Shown: positions 50,901 through 64,000, counted from the first letter of the stretch. The stretch is 64,000 nt of DNA from Auanema rhodensis (GCA_964057225.1 OZ059898.1:15562001-15626000), one strand, 5' to 3'. Made by a program: numbers and translations. Notes: generated by a model from the sequence alone, not told the origin.

Positions 50901-53900
50901 ACATTCACCGGGCACAACATGACTACAGCCTGAACTTTTTTGTGAACAAATCTTGGGATGGGGTGGAGATAAACTATTTTTCAGGAAAATAGAGAGGTCC
51001 TCGTCAATTTTTATTGGAAAATTCAGAATCTACACATCTGAATACCCAACTTGAGATTAATTTTATTTGATCATAGTGTACGATCTGGGAGTAAATCGAA
51101 CATTCACCGGGCACAACATGACTACAGCCTGAACTTTTTTGTGAACAAATCTTGGGATGGGGTGGAGATAAACTATTTTTCAGGAAAATAGAGAGGTCCT
51201 CGTCAATTTTTATTGGAAAATTCAGAATCTACACATCTGAATACCCAACTTGAGATTAATTTTATTTGATCATAGTTCACGATCTGGGAGTAAATCGAAC
51301 ATTCACCGGGCACAACATGACTACAGCCTGAACTTTTTTGTGAACAAATCTTGGGATGGGGTGGAGATAAACTATTTTTCAGGAAAATAGAGAGGTCCTC
51401 GTCAATTTTTATTGGAAAATTCAGAATCTACACATCTGAATACCCAACTTGTGATTATTTTTATTTGATCATAGTTCACGATCTGGGAGTAAATCGAGCA
51501 TTCACCGGGCACAACATGACTACAGCCTGAACTTTTTTGTGAACAAATCTTGGGATGGGGTTGAGATAAACTATTTTTTCGGAAAATAGACAGGTCCTTG
51601 TCAATTTATATTAGAAAATTCAGAATCTACACATCTGAATACCCAACTTGTGATTATTTTTATTTGATCATAGTTCACGATCTGGGAGTAAATCGAACAT
51701 TCACCGGGCACAACGTGACTACAGCCTGAACTTTTTTGTGAACAAATCTTGGGATGGGGTTGAGATAAACTATTTTTCAGGAAAATAGAGAGGTCCTTGT
51801 CAATTTATATTAGAAAATTCAGAATCTACACATCTGAATACCCAACTTGTGATTATTTTTATTTGATCATAGTTCACGATCTGGGAGTAAATCGAACATT
51901 CACCGGGCACAACGTGACTACAGCCTGAACTTTTTTGTGAACAAATCTTGGGATGGGGTTGAGATAAACTATTTTTCAGGAAAATAGAGAGGTCCTTGTC
52001 AATTTATATTAGAAAATTCAGAATCTACACATCTGAATACCCAACTTGTGATTATTTTTATTTGATCATAGTTCACGATCTGGGAGTAAATCGAACATTC
52101 ACCGGGCACAACGTGACTACAGCCTGAACTTTTTTGTGAACAAATCTTGGGATGGGGTTGAGATAAACTATTTTTCAGGAAAATAGAGAGGTCCTTGTCA
52201 ATTTATATTAGAAAATTCAGAATCTACACATCTGAATACCCAACTTGTGATTATTTTTATTTGATCATAGTTCACGATCTGGGAGTAAATCGAACATTCA
52301 CCGGGCACAACGTGACTACAGCCTGAACTTTTTTGTGAACAAATCTTGGGATGGGGTTGAGATAAACTATTTTTCAGGAAAATAGAGAGGTCCTTGTCAA
52401 TTTATATTAGAAAATTCAGAATCTACACATCTGAATACCCAACTTGTGATTATTTCTATTTGATCATACTTCACGATCTGGGAGTAAATCGAGCATTCAC
52501 CGGGCACAACATGACTACAGCCTGAACTTTTTTGTGAACAAATCTTGGGATGGGGTCGAGATAAACTATTTTTTCGGAAAATAGACAGGTCCTCGTCAAT
52601 TGTTATTAGAAAATTCAGAATCTACACATCTGAATACCCAACTTGTGATTATTTTTATTTGATCATAGTTCACGATCTGGGAGTAAATCGAACATTCACC
52701 GGGCACAACGTGACTACAGCCTGAACTTTTTTGTGAACAAATCTTGGGATGGGGTTGAGATAAACTATTTTTCAGGAAAATAGAGAGGTCCTTGTCAATT
52801 TATATTAGAAAATTCAGAATCTACACATCTGAATACCCAACTTGTGATTATTTTTATTTGATCATAGTTCACGATCTGGGAGTAAATCGAACATTCACCG
52901 GGCACAACGTGACTACAGCCTGAACTTTTTTGTGAACAAATCTTGGGATGGGGTTGAGATAAACTATTTTTCAGGAAAATAGAGAGGTCCTTGTCAATTT
53001 ATATTAGAAAATTCAGAATCTACACATCTGAATACCCAACTTGTGATTATTTTTATTTGATCATAGTTCACGATCTGGGAGTAAATCGAACATTCACCGG
53101 GCACAACGTGACTACAGCCTGAACTTTTTTGTGAACAAATCTTGGGATGGGGTTGAGATAAACTATTTTTCAGGAAAATAGAGAGGTCCTTGTCAATTTA
53201 TATTAGAAAATTCAGAATCTACACATCTGAATACCCAACTTGTGATTATTTTTATTTGATCATAGTTCACGATCTGGGAGTAAATCGAACATTCACCGGG
53301 CACAACGTGACTACAGCCTGAACTTTTTTGTGAACAAATCTTGGGATGGGGTTGAGATAAACTATTTTTCAGGAAAATAGAGAGGTCCTTGTCAATTTAT
53401 ATTAGAAAATTCAGAATCTACACATCTGAATACCCAACTTGTGATTATTTTTATTTGATCATAGTTCACGATCTGGGAGTAAATCGAACATTCACCGGGC
53501 ACAACGTGACTACAGCCTGAACTTTTTTGTGAACAAATCTTGGGATGGGGTTGAGATAAACTATTTTTCAGGAAAATAGAGGGGTCCTCGTCAATTTATA
53601 TTAGAAAATTCAGAATCTACACATCTGAATACCCAACTTGTGATTATTTTTATTTGATCATAGTTCACGATCTGGGAGTAAATCGAGCATTCACCGGGCA
53701 CAACATGACTACAGCCTGAACTTTTTTGTGAACAAATCTTGGGATGGGGTTGAGATAAACTATTTTTTCGGAAAATAGACAGGTCCTCGTCAATTGTTAT
53801 TAGAAAATTCAGAATCTACACATCTGAATACCCAACTTGTGATTATTTTTATTTGATCATAGTGTACGATCTGGGAGTAAATCGAACATTCACCGGGCAC

Positions 53901-56900
53901 AACATGACTACAGCCTGAACTTTTTTGTGAACAAATCTTGGGATGGGGTTGAGATAAACTATTTTTTCGGAAAATAGACAGGTCCTCGTCAATTGTTATT
54001 AGAAAATTCAGAATCTACACATCTGAATACCCAACTTGTGATTATTTTTATTTGATCATAGTGTACGATCTGGGAGTAAATCGAACATTCACCGGGCACA
54101 ACGTGACTACAGCCTGAACTTTTTTGTGAACAAATCTTGGGATGGGGTTGAGATAAACTATTTTTCAGGAAAATAGACAGGTCCTCGTCAATTGTTATTA
54201 GAAAATTCAGAATCTACACATCTGAATACCCAACTTGTGATTATTTTTATTTGATCATAGTGTACGATCTGGGAGTAAATCGAACATTCACCGGGCACAA
54301 CATGACTACAGCCTGAACTTTTTTGTGAACAAATCTTGGGATGGGGTTGAGATAAACTATTTTTTCGGAAAATAGACAGGTCCTCGTCAATTGTTATTAG
54401 AAAATTCAGAATCTACACATCTGAATACCCAACTTGTGATTATTTTTATTTGATCATAGTGTACGATCTGGGAGTAAATCGAACATTCACCGGGCACAAC
54501 ATGACTACAGCCTGAACTTTTTTGTGAACAAATCTTGGGATGGGGTTGAGATAAACTATTTTTTCGGAAAATAGACAGGTCCTCGTCAATTGTTATTAGA
54601 AAATTCAGAATCTACACATCTGAATACCCAACTTGTGATTATTTTTATTTGATCATAGTTCACGATCTGGGAGTAAATCGAGCATTCACCGGGCACAACA
54701 TGACTACAGCCTGAACTTTTTTGTGAACAAATCTTGGGATGGGGTTGAGATAAACTATTTTTTCGGAAAATAGACAGGTCCTCGTCAATTTTTATTAGAA
54801 AATTCAGAATCTACACATCTGAATACCCAACTTGTGATTATTTTTATTTGATCATAGTTCACGATCTGGGAGTAAATCGAGCATTCACCGGGCACAACAT
54901 GACTACAGCCTGAACTTTTTTGTGAACAAATCTTGGGATGGGGTGGAGATAAACTATTTTTCAGGAAAATAGAGAGGTCCTCGTCAATTTTTATTAGAAA
55001 ATTCAGAATCTACACATCTGAATACCCAACTTGTGATTATTTTTATTTGATCATAGTGTACGATCTGGGAGTAAATCGAACATTCACCGGGCACAACATG
55101 ACTACAGCCTGAACTTTTTTGTGAACAAATCTTGGGATGGGGTGGAGATAAACTATTTTTCAGGAAAATAGAGAGGTCCTCGTCAATTTTTATTGGAAAA
55201 TTCAGAATCTACACATCTGAATACCCAACTTGAGATTAATTTTATTTGATCATAGTGTACGATCTGGGAGTAAATCGAACATTCACCGGGCACAACATGA
55301 CTACAGCCTGAACTTTTTTGTGAACAAATCTTGGGATGGGGTGGAGATAAACTATTTTTCAGGAAAATAGAGAGGTCCTCGTCAATTTTTATTGGAAAAT
55401 TCAGAATCTACACATCTGAATACCCAACTTGAGATTAATTTTATTTGATCATAGTTCACGATCTGGGAGTAAATCGAACATTCACCGGGCACAACATGAC
55501 TACAGCCTGAACTTTTTTGTGAACAAATCTTGGGATGGGGTGGAGATAAACTATTTTTCAGGAAAATAGAGAGGTCCTCGTCAATTTTTATTGGAAAATT
55601 CAGAATCTACACATCTGAATACCCAACTTGTGATTATTTTTATTTGATCATAGTTCACGATCTGGGAGTAAATCGAGCATTCACCGGGCACAACATGACT
55701 ACAGCCTGAACTTTTTTGTGAACAAATCTTGGGATGGGGTTGAGATAAACTATTTTTTCGGAAAATAGACAGGTCCTCGTCAATTTTTATTAGAAAATTC
55801 AGAATCTACACATCTGAATACCCAACTTGTGATTATTTTTATTTGATCATAGTTCACGATCTGGGAGTAAATCGAGCATTCACCGGGCACAACATGACTA
55901 CAGCCTGAACTTTTTTGTGAACAAATCTTGGGATGGGGTGGAGATAAACTATTTTTCAGGAAAATAGAGAGGTCCTCGTCAATTTTTATTAGAAAATTCA
56001 GAATCTACACATCTGAATACCCAACTTGTGATTATTTTTATTTGATCATAGTGTACGATCTGGGAGTAAATCGAACATTCACCGGGCACAACATGACTAC
56101 AGCCTGAACTTTTTTGTGAACAAATCTTGGGATGGGGTGGAGATAAACTATTTTTCAGGAAAATAGAGAGGTCCTCGTCAATTTTTATTGGAAAATTCAG
56201 AATCTACACATCTGAATACCCAACTTGAGATTAATTTTATTTGATCATAGTGTACGATCTGGGAGTAAATCGAACATTCACCGGGCACAACATGACTACA
56301 GCCTGAACTTTTTTGTGAACAAATCTTGGGATGGGGTGGAGATAAACTATTTTTCAGGAAAATAGAGAGGTCCTCGTCAATTTTTATTGGAAAATTCAGA
56401 ATCTACACATCTGAATACCCAACTTGAGATTAATTTTATTTGATCATAGTTCACGATCTGGGAGTAAATCGAACATTCACCGGGCACAACATGACTACAG
56501 CCTGAACTTTTTTGTGAACAAATCTTGGGTTGGGTTGGAGATAAACTACTTTTCAGGAAAATAGAGAGGTCCTCGTCAATTTTTATTGGAAAATTCAGAA
56601 TCTACACATCTGAATACCCAACTTGTGATTATTTTTATTTGATCATAGTTCACGATCTGGGAGTAAATCGAGCATTCACCGGGCACAACATGACTACAGC
56701 CTGAACTTTTTTGTGAACAAATCTTGGGATGGGGTGGAGATAAACTATTTTTCAGGAAAATAGAGAGGTCCTCGTCAATTTTTATTAGAAAATTCAGAAT
56801 CTACACATCTGAATACCCAACTTGTGATTATTTTTATTTGATCATAGTGTACGATCTGGGAGTAAATCGAACATTCACCGGGCACAACATGACTACAGCC

Positions 56901-57884
56901 TGAACTTTTTTGTGAACAAATCTTGGGATGGGGTGGAGATAAACTATTTTTTCGGAAAATAGACAGGTCCTCGTCAATTGTTATTCGAAAATTCAGAATC
57001 TACACATCTGAATACCCAACTTGTGATTATTTTTATTTGATCATAGTTCACGATCTGGGAGTAAATCGAGCATTCACCGGGCACAACATGACTACAGCCT
57101 GAACTTTTTTGTGAACAAATCTTGGGATGGGGTGGAGATAAACTATTTTTTCGGAAAATAGAGAGGTCCTCATTAATTTTTATTAGAAAATTCAGAATCT
57201 ACACATCTGAATACCCAACTTGTGATTATTTTTATTTGATCATAGTGTACGATCTGGGAGTAAATCGAACATTCACCGGGCACAACGTGACTACAGCCTG
57301 AACTTTTTTGTTAACAAATCTTGGGATGGGGTTGAGATAAACTATTTTTCAGGAAAATAGAGGGGTCCTCGTCAATTTATATTAGAAAATTCAGAATCTA
57401 CACATCTGAATACCCAACTTGTGATTATTTTTATTTGATCATAGTGTACGATCTGGGAGTAAATCGAGCATTCACCGGGCACAACATGACTACAGCCTGA
57501 ACTTTTTTGTGAACAAATCTTGGGATGGGGTTGAGATAAACTATTTTTCAGGAAAATAGAGAGGTCCTCGTCAATTTTTATTAGAAAATTCAGAATCTAC
57601 ACATCTGAATACCCAACTTGTGATTATTTTTATTTGATCATAGTTCACGATCTGGGAGTAAATCGAACATTCACCGGGCACAACGTGACTACAGCCTGAA
57701 CTTTTTTGTGAACAAATCTTGGGATGGGGTTGAGATAAACTATTTTTCAGGAAAATAGAGGGGTCCTCGTCAATTTTTATTAGAAAATTCAGAATCTACA
57801 CATCTGAATACCCAACTTGTGATTATTTTTATTTGATCATAGTGTACGATCTGGGAGTAAATCGAACATTCACTGGGCACAACA
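41978..57884 (+). repeat. 199-bp tandem satellite, right arm (about 80 monomers)
   Basis: GATGGGG 42002 to 57723 is exactly 79 x 199. Phase across the element: 8634 = 199 + 8430 + 5. Confidence 0.98.
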
Positions 57885-57889
57885 AATGT

Positions 57890-58283
57890 TGTATCAATAC
57901 TTAGGTATTTTTATGGAATTAATTGATTTTTAGAATTCTAATAAATGTTTTCAATTCATTTGTTTTAATATTTCTTTATATAGTATGAACACAGAAGCTA
58001 AATAAGCTGTCAACTGACAGGTGACCAGTCAGAAAATATTAAGTTCCTAAATATTAAGCAATTCTATCAAAAAGCATTCAGTGATTACAGGCCATGTGAC
58101 AACTTCTTACTATCTCCAGCAAGTTAATCAGTTTTCAGACCAAATGCTTCCAATAATCTTGCCGTTAGTAGCATAAAGAACTTGAAACAGCTATTTCAAT
58201 AATTTTTTTTTGCTGAATTCACTAGCTTCATCTATTACCTGTTAGCTGATAAGAATCTGACTGATAACTCTATTTCATCTCTT
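57890..58283 (+). repeat. 394-bp direct repeat, right copy
   Basis: Matches 11419-11812 and continues into unique DNA upstream of the saposin gene. Confidence 0.95.
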
Positions 58284-58340
58284 TAAAAGAGTCAGTGATA
58301 GAAGGAAGGTCAATTTCATATTATTCGCTTTTAGATAATG
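58247..58340 (+). promoter_or_regulatory. Cluster of GATA sites (TGATAA, ELT-2-type) upstream of the saposin-like gene
   Basis: TGATAA at 58247 and 58262, plus TGATAG and AGATAA, all within 165 bp of the ATG. TGATAA is the established nematode intestinal promoter element; function here is inferred. Confidence 0.55.
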
Positions 58341-58409
58341 GTTAGTACCATTAGCAATCTTACTATACATTTAGTTTTAATTCCTTAAAAACTATTTTTT
58401 TCTTTAAGA

Positions 58410-59046
58410 ATGCGTGTCGTTATTCTTGCTGCTTTCCTTGTCGCCGCTGTCTTGGCTATGCCATCTGACATCAAAGTCCAACAACCAAGCATCCTCGGAG
58501 GAGCTCTCTGCATCCCATGTATCGCTCTCATTAAGGTAAATTCGAATACTTACAATATTCAAATATAATTTATAAAATATTTATTATATAATATCATTCT
58601 TCATTTCTTTTTGATATAATTAATAATTAAAGAATATTTTGTTCTAGAAAACATGAAGAACAACCGTTCATCAGTGTTAAAAATGAATGAAAATTTGAAT
58701 GTTTTGTTGAAAAACCACTTCAGACACGTAGAAATATTTGAAAAAAAATTCTTTTATGAGCCAAAAAAGAGTTTCAAAAGATTTTGTTATCATATATATG
58801 TGATTCAGACCGGAGAAACCAATGAAATCGGAAACTTCAACGGATGGTTCGACAAGGAAACCGACAAGGTTTGCGGTGGACTCGGAGTTTTGAAGAAAGA
58901 GTGCAAGATTTACTTCCATTCCGTATGTTATGAGAAACATATTTTAAAATATATTTGTAATTTTTCAGAAGGAAAGCGAATTCGATCACTTCATCACCAC
59001 CAAGGCTGACCCAACCAACTCCTGCAAGGAAATTGACTTCTGCTAA
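58410..59046 (+). CDS. Secreted saposin-like protein (SPP/caenopore family), 105 aa, 3 exons
   Basis: Exons 58410-58535, 58809-58922, 58969-59046. Signal peptide MRVVILAAFLVAAVLA, then six Cys in saposin-B spacing (LCIPC...VCGGLGVLKKEC...PTNSCKEIDFC*). AATAAA follows. Confidence 0.9.
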
Positions 59047-60113
59047 ACGGCACCTAGATTTTAATAAAGTTTAATATCTATTTGTATTTTTTCTTCTTAT
59101 ACTAAAATGATATCTAAATGAATTGAAAACTAAAAAATTGATTATTTTCACGAGTTTTCTAGAGATCTGAATTTGATTTCATTGAGCTACATAGAAATAA
59201 CTGGTGAAGCACCTACTTGATAGGTGCAGGAACTGATATATGCTTCAGAATTTAATGATGTTCTGCTGTTTAGAAGAGATAAGATCTTTCATAAAATCTT
59301 TATTTGAAAAAGTTTTCGATCTCTGTGTAATCACAAATGGCACGAGGGGTAAAGATTACTAAACAATTTTTTAAGTTTTAAGTACAAAATCTAAACAACA
59401 ATGCTATTTCAATTGAAAAACAAAAAGATATATTTCAATTTGTTTTTCAATAAGAAAATGACTTAATTATAACAATTTTATATATTAAAATATATATATA
59501 TATATATATAGACATGCACCAATCAAGGGAAAGTATACAAACATATGTAATCAGTTGATGAATTTCGTAAATGGATCGCAATTGGATTCCGGACAATCAT
59601 GGAGGGAACCGATAAGAGAGTTGTTAAACCGTATTTAAGAGCGACGACAATCATGATTTTTTTCTTCGATCGACGAAGACATTTTGTATTCTATTTGATT
59701 TGAAGACCATAACGTAATTTTAAATTTTTTAAGAAAAAAAGATAAGTAAGTACATTTCACAGAAATATGTACATATATGGTACGACGAGAAGAAGAAGAA
59801 GAAAGAGATGGCGGGTTAGAATCATGAATTCATAGACTTAGATGTAAGTGAGGAATCTCTTCAATCAAGCTTATTAATAATAATGTATTTCTTTGTATTA
59901 GTTGTACGGACAGGGTATAAGAAGTGTCTTCGTTCGTGCATCTACTGATCTAATACACGAATCGAAGTTTTCAACGACCTGAGATAGATAGGGGTGGATG
60001 GGGGACAGGGGAAGAGGTTGGTTTAGGGAGGATCGAGATACTTGGCAAAGGCTCGCTGTATGAGCTCGATTGAGCCATGTACGTTATCCTTTTGAGTATG
60101 AGATCATGTTCTA

Positions 60114-61275
60114 TTAGAGGGCCGTTACTAGAACCTCGTCTTCATCATAATCGTCTTCCAGGAGCACGAGCTCGCCGTCCGAGTAGTACAACTCTTCGGA
60201 AGGATCGCGACCCAGTTTGTCCTCATGATAACCTAAAGAAAATTGGTTAGTCATAGAAATCCAGCGATGAAAATAATAAATATTTAATGAATACTAACCA
60301 CTTTCGTCAGATATTGTGTCTGCGTCGTTGGCATTACGACTCCTCCGTCGTTCATCTTCGGAGCACACACTCGATGGCCCTGATGCCATTGAAGTACAAA
60401 GGCTGTGAGAGTCTGAAAACAAAAATTGCACATGACGACTAATGAATAGATTGAAAGATTATTCAAATATGTGCTTTCTTTCAAGATTGCTCAAGTAAAA
60501 AACTCACATTGTTGGTCTCTGGAGTGGTCAATGGACGATGATGTTGATGGTGTTGAATCAGAAACTGAGAAGGATGCTTGAGATTCAACATCTGGAGCTA
60601 CACGGTAGCAGACTGATTCTTCCGAGTCTGAGAGCTCTTCTTCCTGCAAAAAGGAAATATTTAGATGATGTTTGATAGAAGATTTTTCAGATAATACAAT
60701 GAACAGATAATGATTATATTACCTCTTGCTCCTCGTCGATACTTCCTAAGCGTGGAGCACTCTTGCTTCGACTTACAGGCGGCCTGAAGTTTAGGCTCCC
60801 TGTTTGAAGTAGTAGTTTTCTTCGTGGACAACCGGCTGAGCCAGTTAAGCGAGCATTTTGAAGGGCTAGCTTCTCACGCTTGTATTCCTAAATGATGAGC
60901 CATTTATAAAGATTTTCAATGTTTTTCATCATTTTTCGGTTCAACAACATATTTCACTTCAAACATATTTATAAGAGTTATGCCAAATGAAGAATAAATA
61001 AAGATTAAGGATTAAGATACAACATGAATCTTTCCTTCCTTCTGTTTTAGCCCCGGAGACTTCATTTGCTCTTACATCTATCGGATGATCTTTTACCATT
61101 CCCCATCCCCCTCTCCTCCCTTTACTAGCCGCACAATCTGTCTGTTATATAGAATAGATATTGATATATACATACATGTTGACCTCAAATGTATATATAG
61201 GGCTGATGGGAGACAATTCCTATTTAAGCTTTTAATTGAAGAGAAAGAGGAAAATGGAGAGGATGTATAAGACAT

Positions 61276-61329
<54 letters not shown>

Positions 61330-62388
61330 TAAGAGAAGAATGGATCTATTTTGGATTCATTCTGATAACACAATGAATCATAAGCATTCAGATGTCTTGA
61401 CATAGATTAATCGAAAATGAAATTACACTTGAAATACAACCAATCTCCTCACTCATGTGCACATTTTCGAGATGTGCTAAGACAGCACCGTTTCACGTGG
61501 ACATATGACGTCATTGAACCGTATTTCTCACATGACAATTGGTATAAACAAATCATTTTTCAAAGTTATTCTTGAGATTTCAGTTTAAAATCCATTTCAA
61601 AGAGATGAAGTGGTAAGTAGTAATGAGAAATGACAAACCTGTAATGCTGCTAGAAGGAAATCTTGCAACTTTCTATGGATAACAGCTGGCTCACTGCTTT
61701 TTTTGCATAAAACAGCATGGCATCTCAATTCAGGCTTTAACCTGAAAACATGTTTATTATCATAAATCTTAGTTGTCAACTATTTAAAAATTCAAAATGT
61801 ACTTATTGAAAAGATGCAAGTATCATTGAATTTACGATAGCTAACCTCTTTCCGTCGTGCTTGTAAATCCAACAAAAGACCTTCGGATACTGTGGTGGGG
61901 CAACAGAAAATGTGATCCGATGAGCCCAATATTCCGTTAATCCTTGCTGCTTAGTTTCAGCTTTCAGACCAGAACGGGTAATCTGGAAAGAAACAAATCT
62001 GTTATTTGATTCATATATAGATTGTTATGCCAGTTAGAAGCCATGATGTTTTCCTTTCTAACATCAAACGATGGATTTGGATTTAGTTTCTGATCGTTAT
62101 ACTCTTACCTCTAGATTCATATGTAAATCATTACGATTTCTTTGACAATAAGCCTTCCATATAAGAGATAATGGCTTTTCGTAGCAATTTTCACCACGTG
62201 CCATGACAGTTAACACATTGCCAAGATAGATGACGTTAACAGATTCGTCCGGCGGGTTGATAGTATATCTGAATGAATAGATTCATGAATCTATTGTTAG
62301 AATATATATATAGTTAATACCTTTGCTTCTTCTTACGAAAAGGCAGAGTGAAGAAGTTGGAAGTAGAAGAAGACGTCAACAGTGGCAT
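60114..62388 (-). CDS. FAM43-like PTB/PID_2-domain protein, about 8 exons
   Basis: YTINPPDESVNVIYLGNVLTVMARGENC, EYWAHRITF...YPKVFCWIYKHDGKR, LKPELRCHAVLC and EYKREK, then an acidic Ser-rich tail ending VTAL*. The ATG directly follows a CTTCAG acceptor. Confidence 0.85.
61278..61326. repeat. (GA)n microsatellite in an intron of the FAM43-like gene
   Basis: Perfect GA run of about 48 bp. Confidence 0.95.
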
Positions 62389-64000
62389 CTGAAGGTTGAA
62401 GAATGAATAGAATGAATAGAATGAAACAAACAAAAAATTAACGAATGAAAGTTCTTCAGAATATACAAAAATAGAAGAAAATGCTGTTTCAATATTAAAA
62501 AACCAAAAAGATTTTAATCTTAGCACCAAACTTGAAAATCAGCCGATCAGGTCAATAATGAAGTTAAAAACCGAACAAAAAGTGAGAAAAAAACAAATAA
62601 TTTGTAGAGAAGAATTGAGATTCATATTTTGATATTATAACTTCATAATATGTTCACAACATTATGTAAATTAGAGTTTTAAAAAGGAATTCGAATCAAG
62701 TAATTCAATACAATATGATGCCGTAGATGTCTTCGTTAACAAAACCGGTTAAATAGCTCAGAAGAAGAGAAGAAATAGCTTTATAATCTCGATAGGATGT
62801 ACATCGGATGTTGTAATTGAGATATAATTATATTTAAGAAATTATATATAAATGAAATAAAGTTTTAGCTAGTTTATAATGTAATTTGAAGGTAGAAATG
62901 AAGATCATTTTCATTTTATATGATATAGCAAGCAGATTACAAGCAGATTTCAGAAGTTCAACAGAAAAAAGTATCTGATTTGATACTTATTTCTTAAAAA
63001 AAACATCGTTCGAAAACATTTTGAACCGTTTGAAATGAAGATTAGGTTGAGTTGTGAAATTAAAAATATGCGAAAGTGCAAGTTCAAACACATGTGCTAG
63101 GTCATGGGAATTCGCAAATCAAAACAAAGTTCATCAAGTATGAGTTAGAGGTTTAATATAAAATAGGTAAAAGAGTCAGAGTAGGAGAGAGAAAGAGAAA
63201 GTGTTTAACAATATTTCCGGATTTTGTTACAAAAATTTGAATGAAGTTGTATGAGATGGATATGATGGAACACTATATTCTAAGGATTATCCATAGGTAA
63301 GTAATCGATTTGGAATATTGCCAATACCATTATAAGTTCAATTGGAACTGTATAAGTCATTAAGTACAGACAATTAAGAAAACTCTCAAATATCGGTTTT
63401 CAATCTTAGCTTAATAGAAGCTTAATCTTTATCTTTGCAGCCACGGATAAGGAACTGGTAAGCCAGTTAGCGGCCTCCGCTTGTTAGCTTTCAAGCTTGT
63501 CAACGAAGCAATTTCGTTGAAATATTGGTGAGAAAGGGATAGTTAACGATAGAGGGAAACTGAACAAGAATGAAAACTAATGAAGAAAGGTGATGAAAGA
63601 GAAAATACAGAAGCGATAGAGAGAAAGGTAGAGATATATATAGAGAGAGAAAAGAAGAGATAGATTAAGAGAGTAGTAAAGAGATAGGGAGAGAAAAATA
63701 AGAAGAGAGTGAGAGAAAGAATGAGATTAAGAGAAAAAAATAAAAAATGTAGAGACGAATAGGAATACGAGGAAAGGATCAGAAGCTGTGACGTAGTTAA
63801 GGAGAAGTTTTCGCATAGTTGTTCAAGGGTAAGGATCTTGATGTGGAAAAAAACAGAATAGTTTCATTGATATCTTTATTTTAAAAGTTTTCAACTTGTG
63901 TCTGTGTGTGTTTGCTCTTCTATCAGGTATCTTGAGAGATTAAAAACTATTTTGTGAGATATGGAAGATATAGAAGACTTAGAAAGCAATAGTTGTGAAA

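Noticed and set aside
14852-57884. CRISPR-like array
   Set aside because: Monomers are contiguous and near-identical with no unique spacers; the context is eukaryotic and no cas genes are present.
11813-57889. Helitron, Maverick or canonical DNA transposon identity for the island; direct evidence of programmed DNA elimination
   Set aside because: No Rep/helicase, polB or transposase ORF, no TC...CTRR termini or short TSD, and no TTAGGC telomeric arrays in the window.

Overview
Eukaryotic, AT-rich, gene-dense DNA from a rhabditid-type nematode, judged from ~45-55 bp introns, TTTCAG/TTTTAG acceptors just before ATGs, and a tRNA-Gly(TCC) matching the C. elegans sequence as I recall it. Left flank (1-11.4 kb): two tandem claudin-like genes, a mariner remnant, APC6/CDC16 (emb-27) head-to-head with ICMT, and a GPAT3/4-type acyltransferase. 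Right flank (58.3-64 kb): a saposin-like gene and a FAM43/PID_2 gene. Between them is a 46-kb island (11813-57889) bracketed by an apparently identical 394-bp direct duplication of host intergenic DNA. The island holds a fold-back of a 199-bp satellite, a tRNA-Gly gene, a GC/purine-rich minisatellite duplicated as 2 x 727 bp, and about 174 copies of the 199-bp satellite with no net indel. An 8430-bp BEL/Pao LTR retroelement interrupts the array. It has identical 449-bp LTRs, a 5-bp TSD and a single Gag-PR-RT-RH-IN-Env ORF with phlebovirus-like Gn/Gc glycoproteins and an unknown C-terminal domain. Its U5 carries a 22-nt near-complement of the 5' end of tRNA-Gly(GCC), 45 nt from a tRNA-Gly(GCC)-type PBS. 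All sequence comparisons were made by eye; no searches were run.
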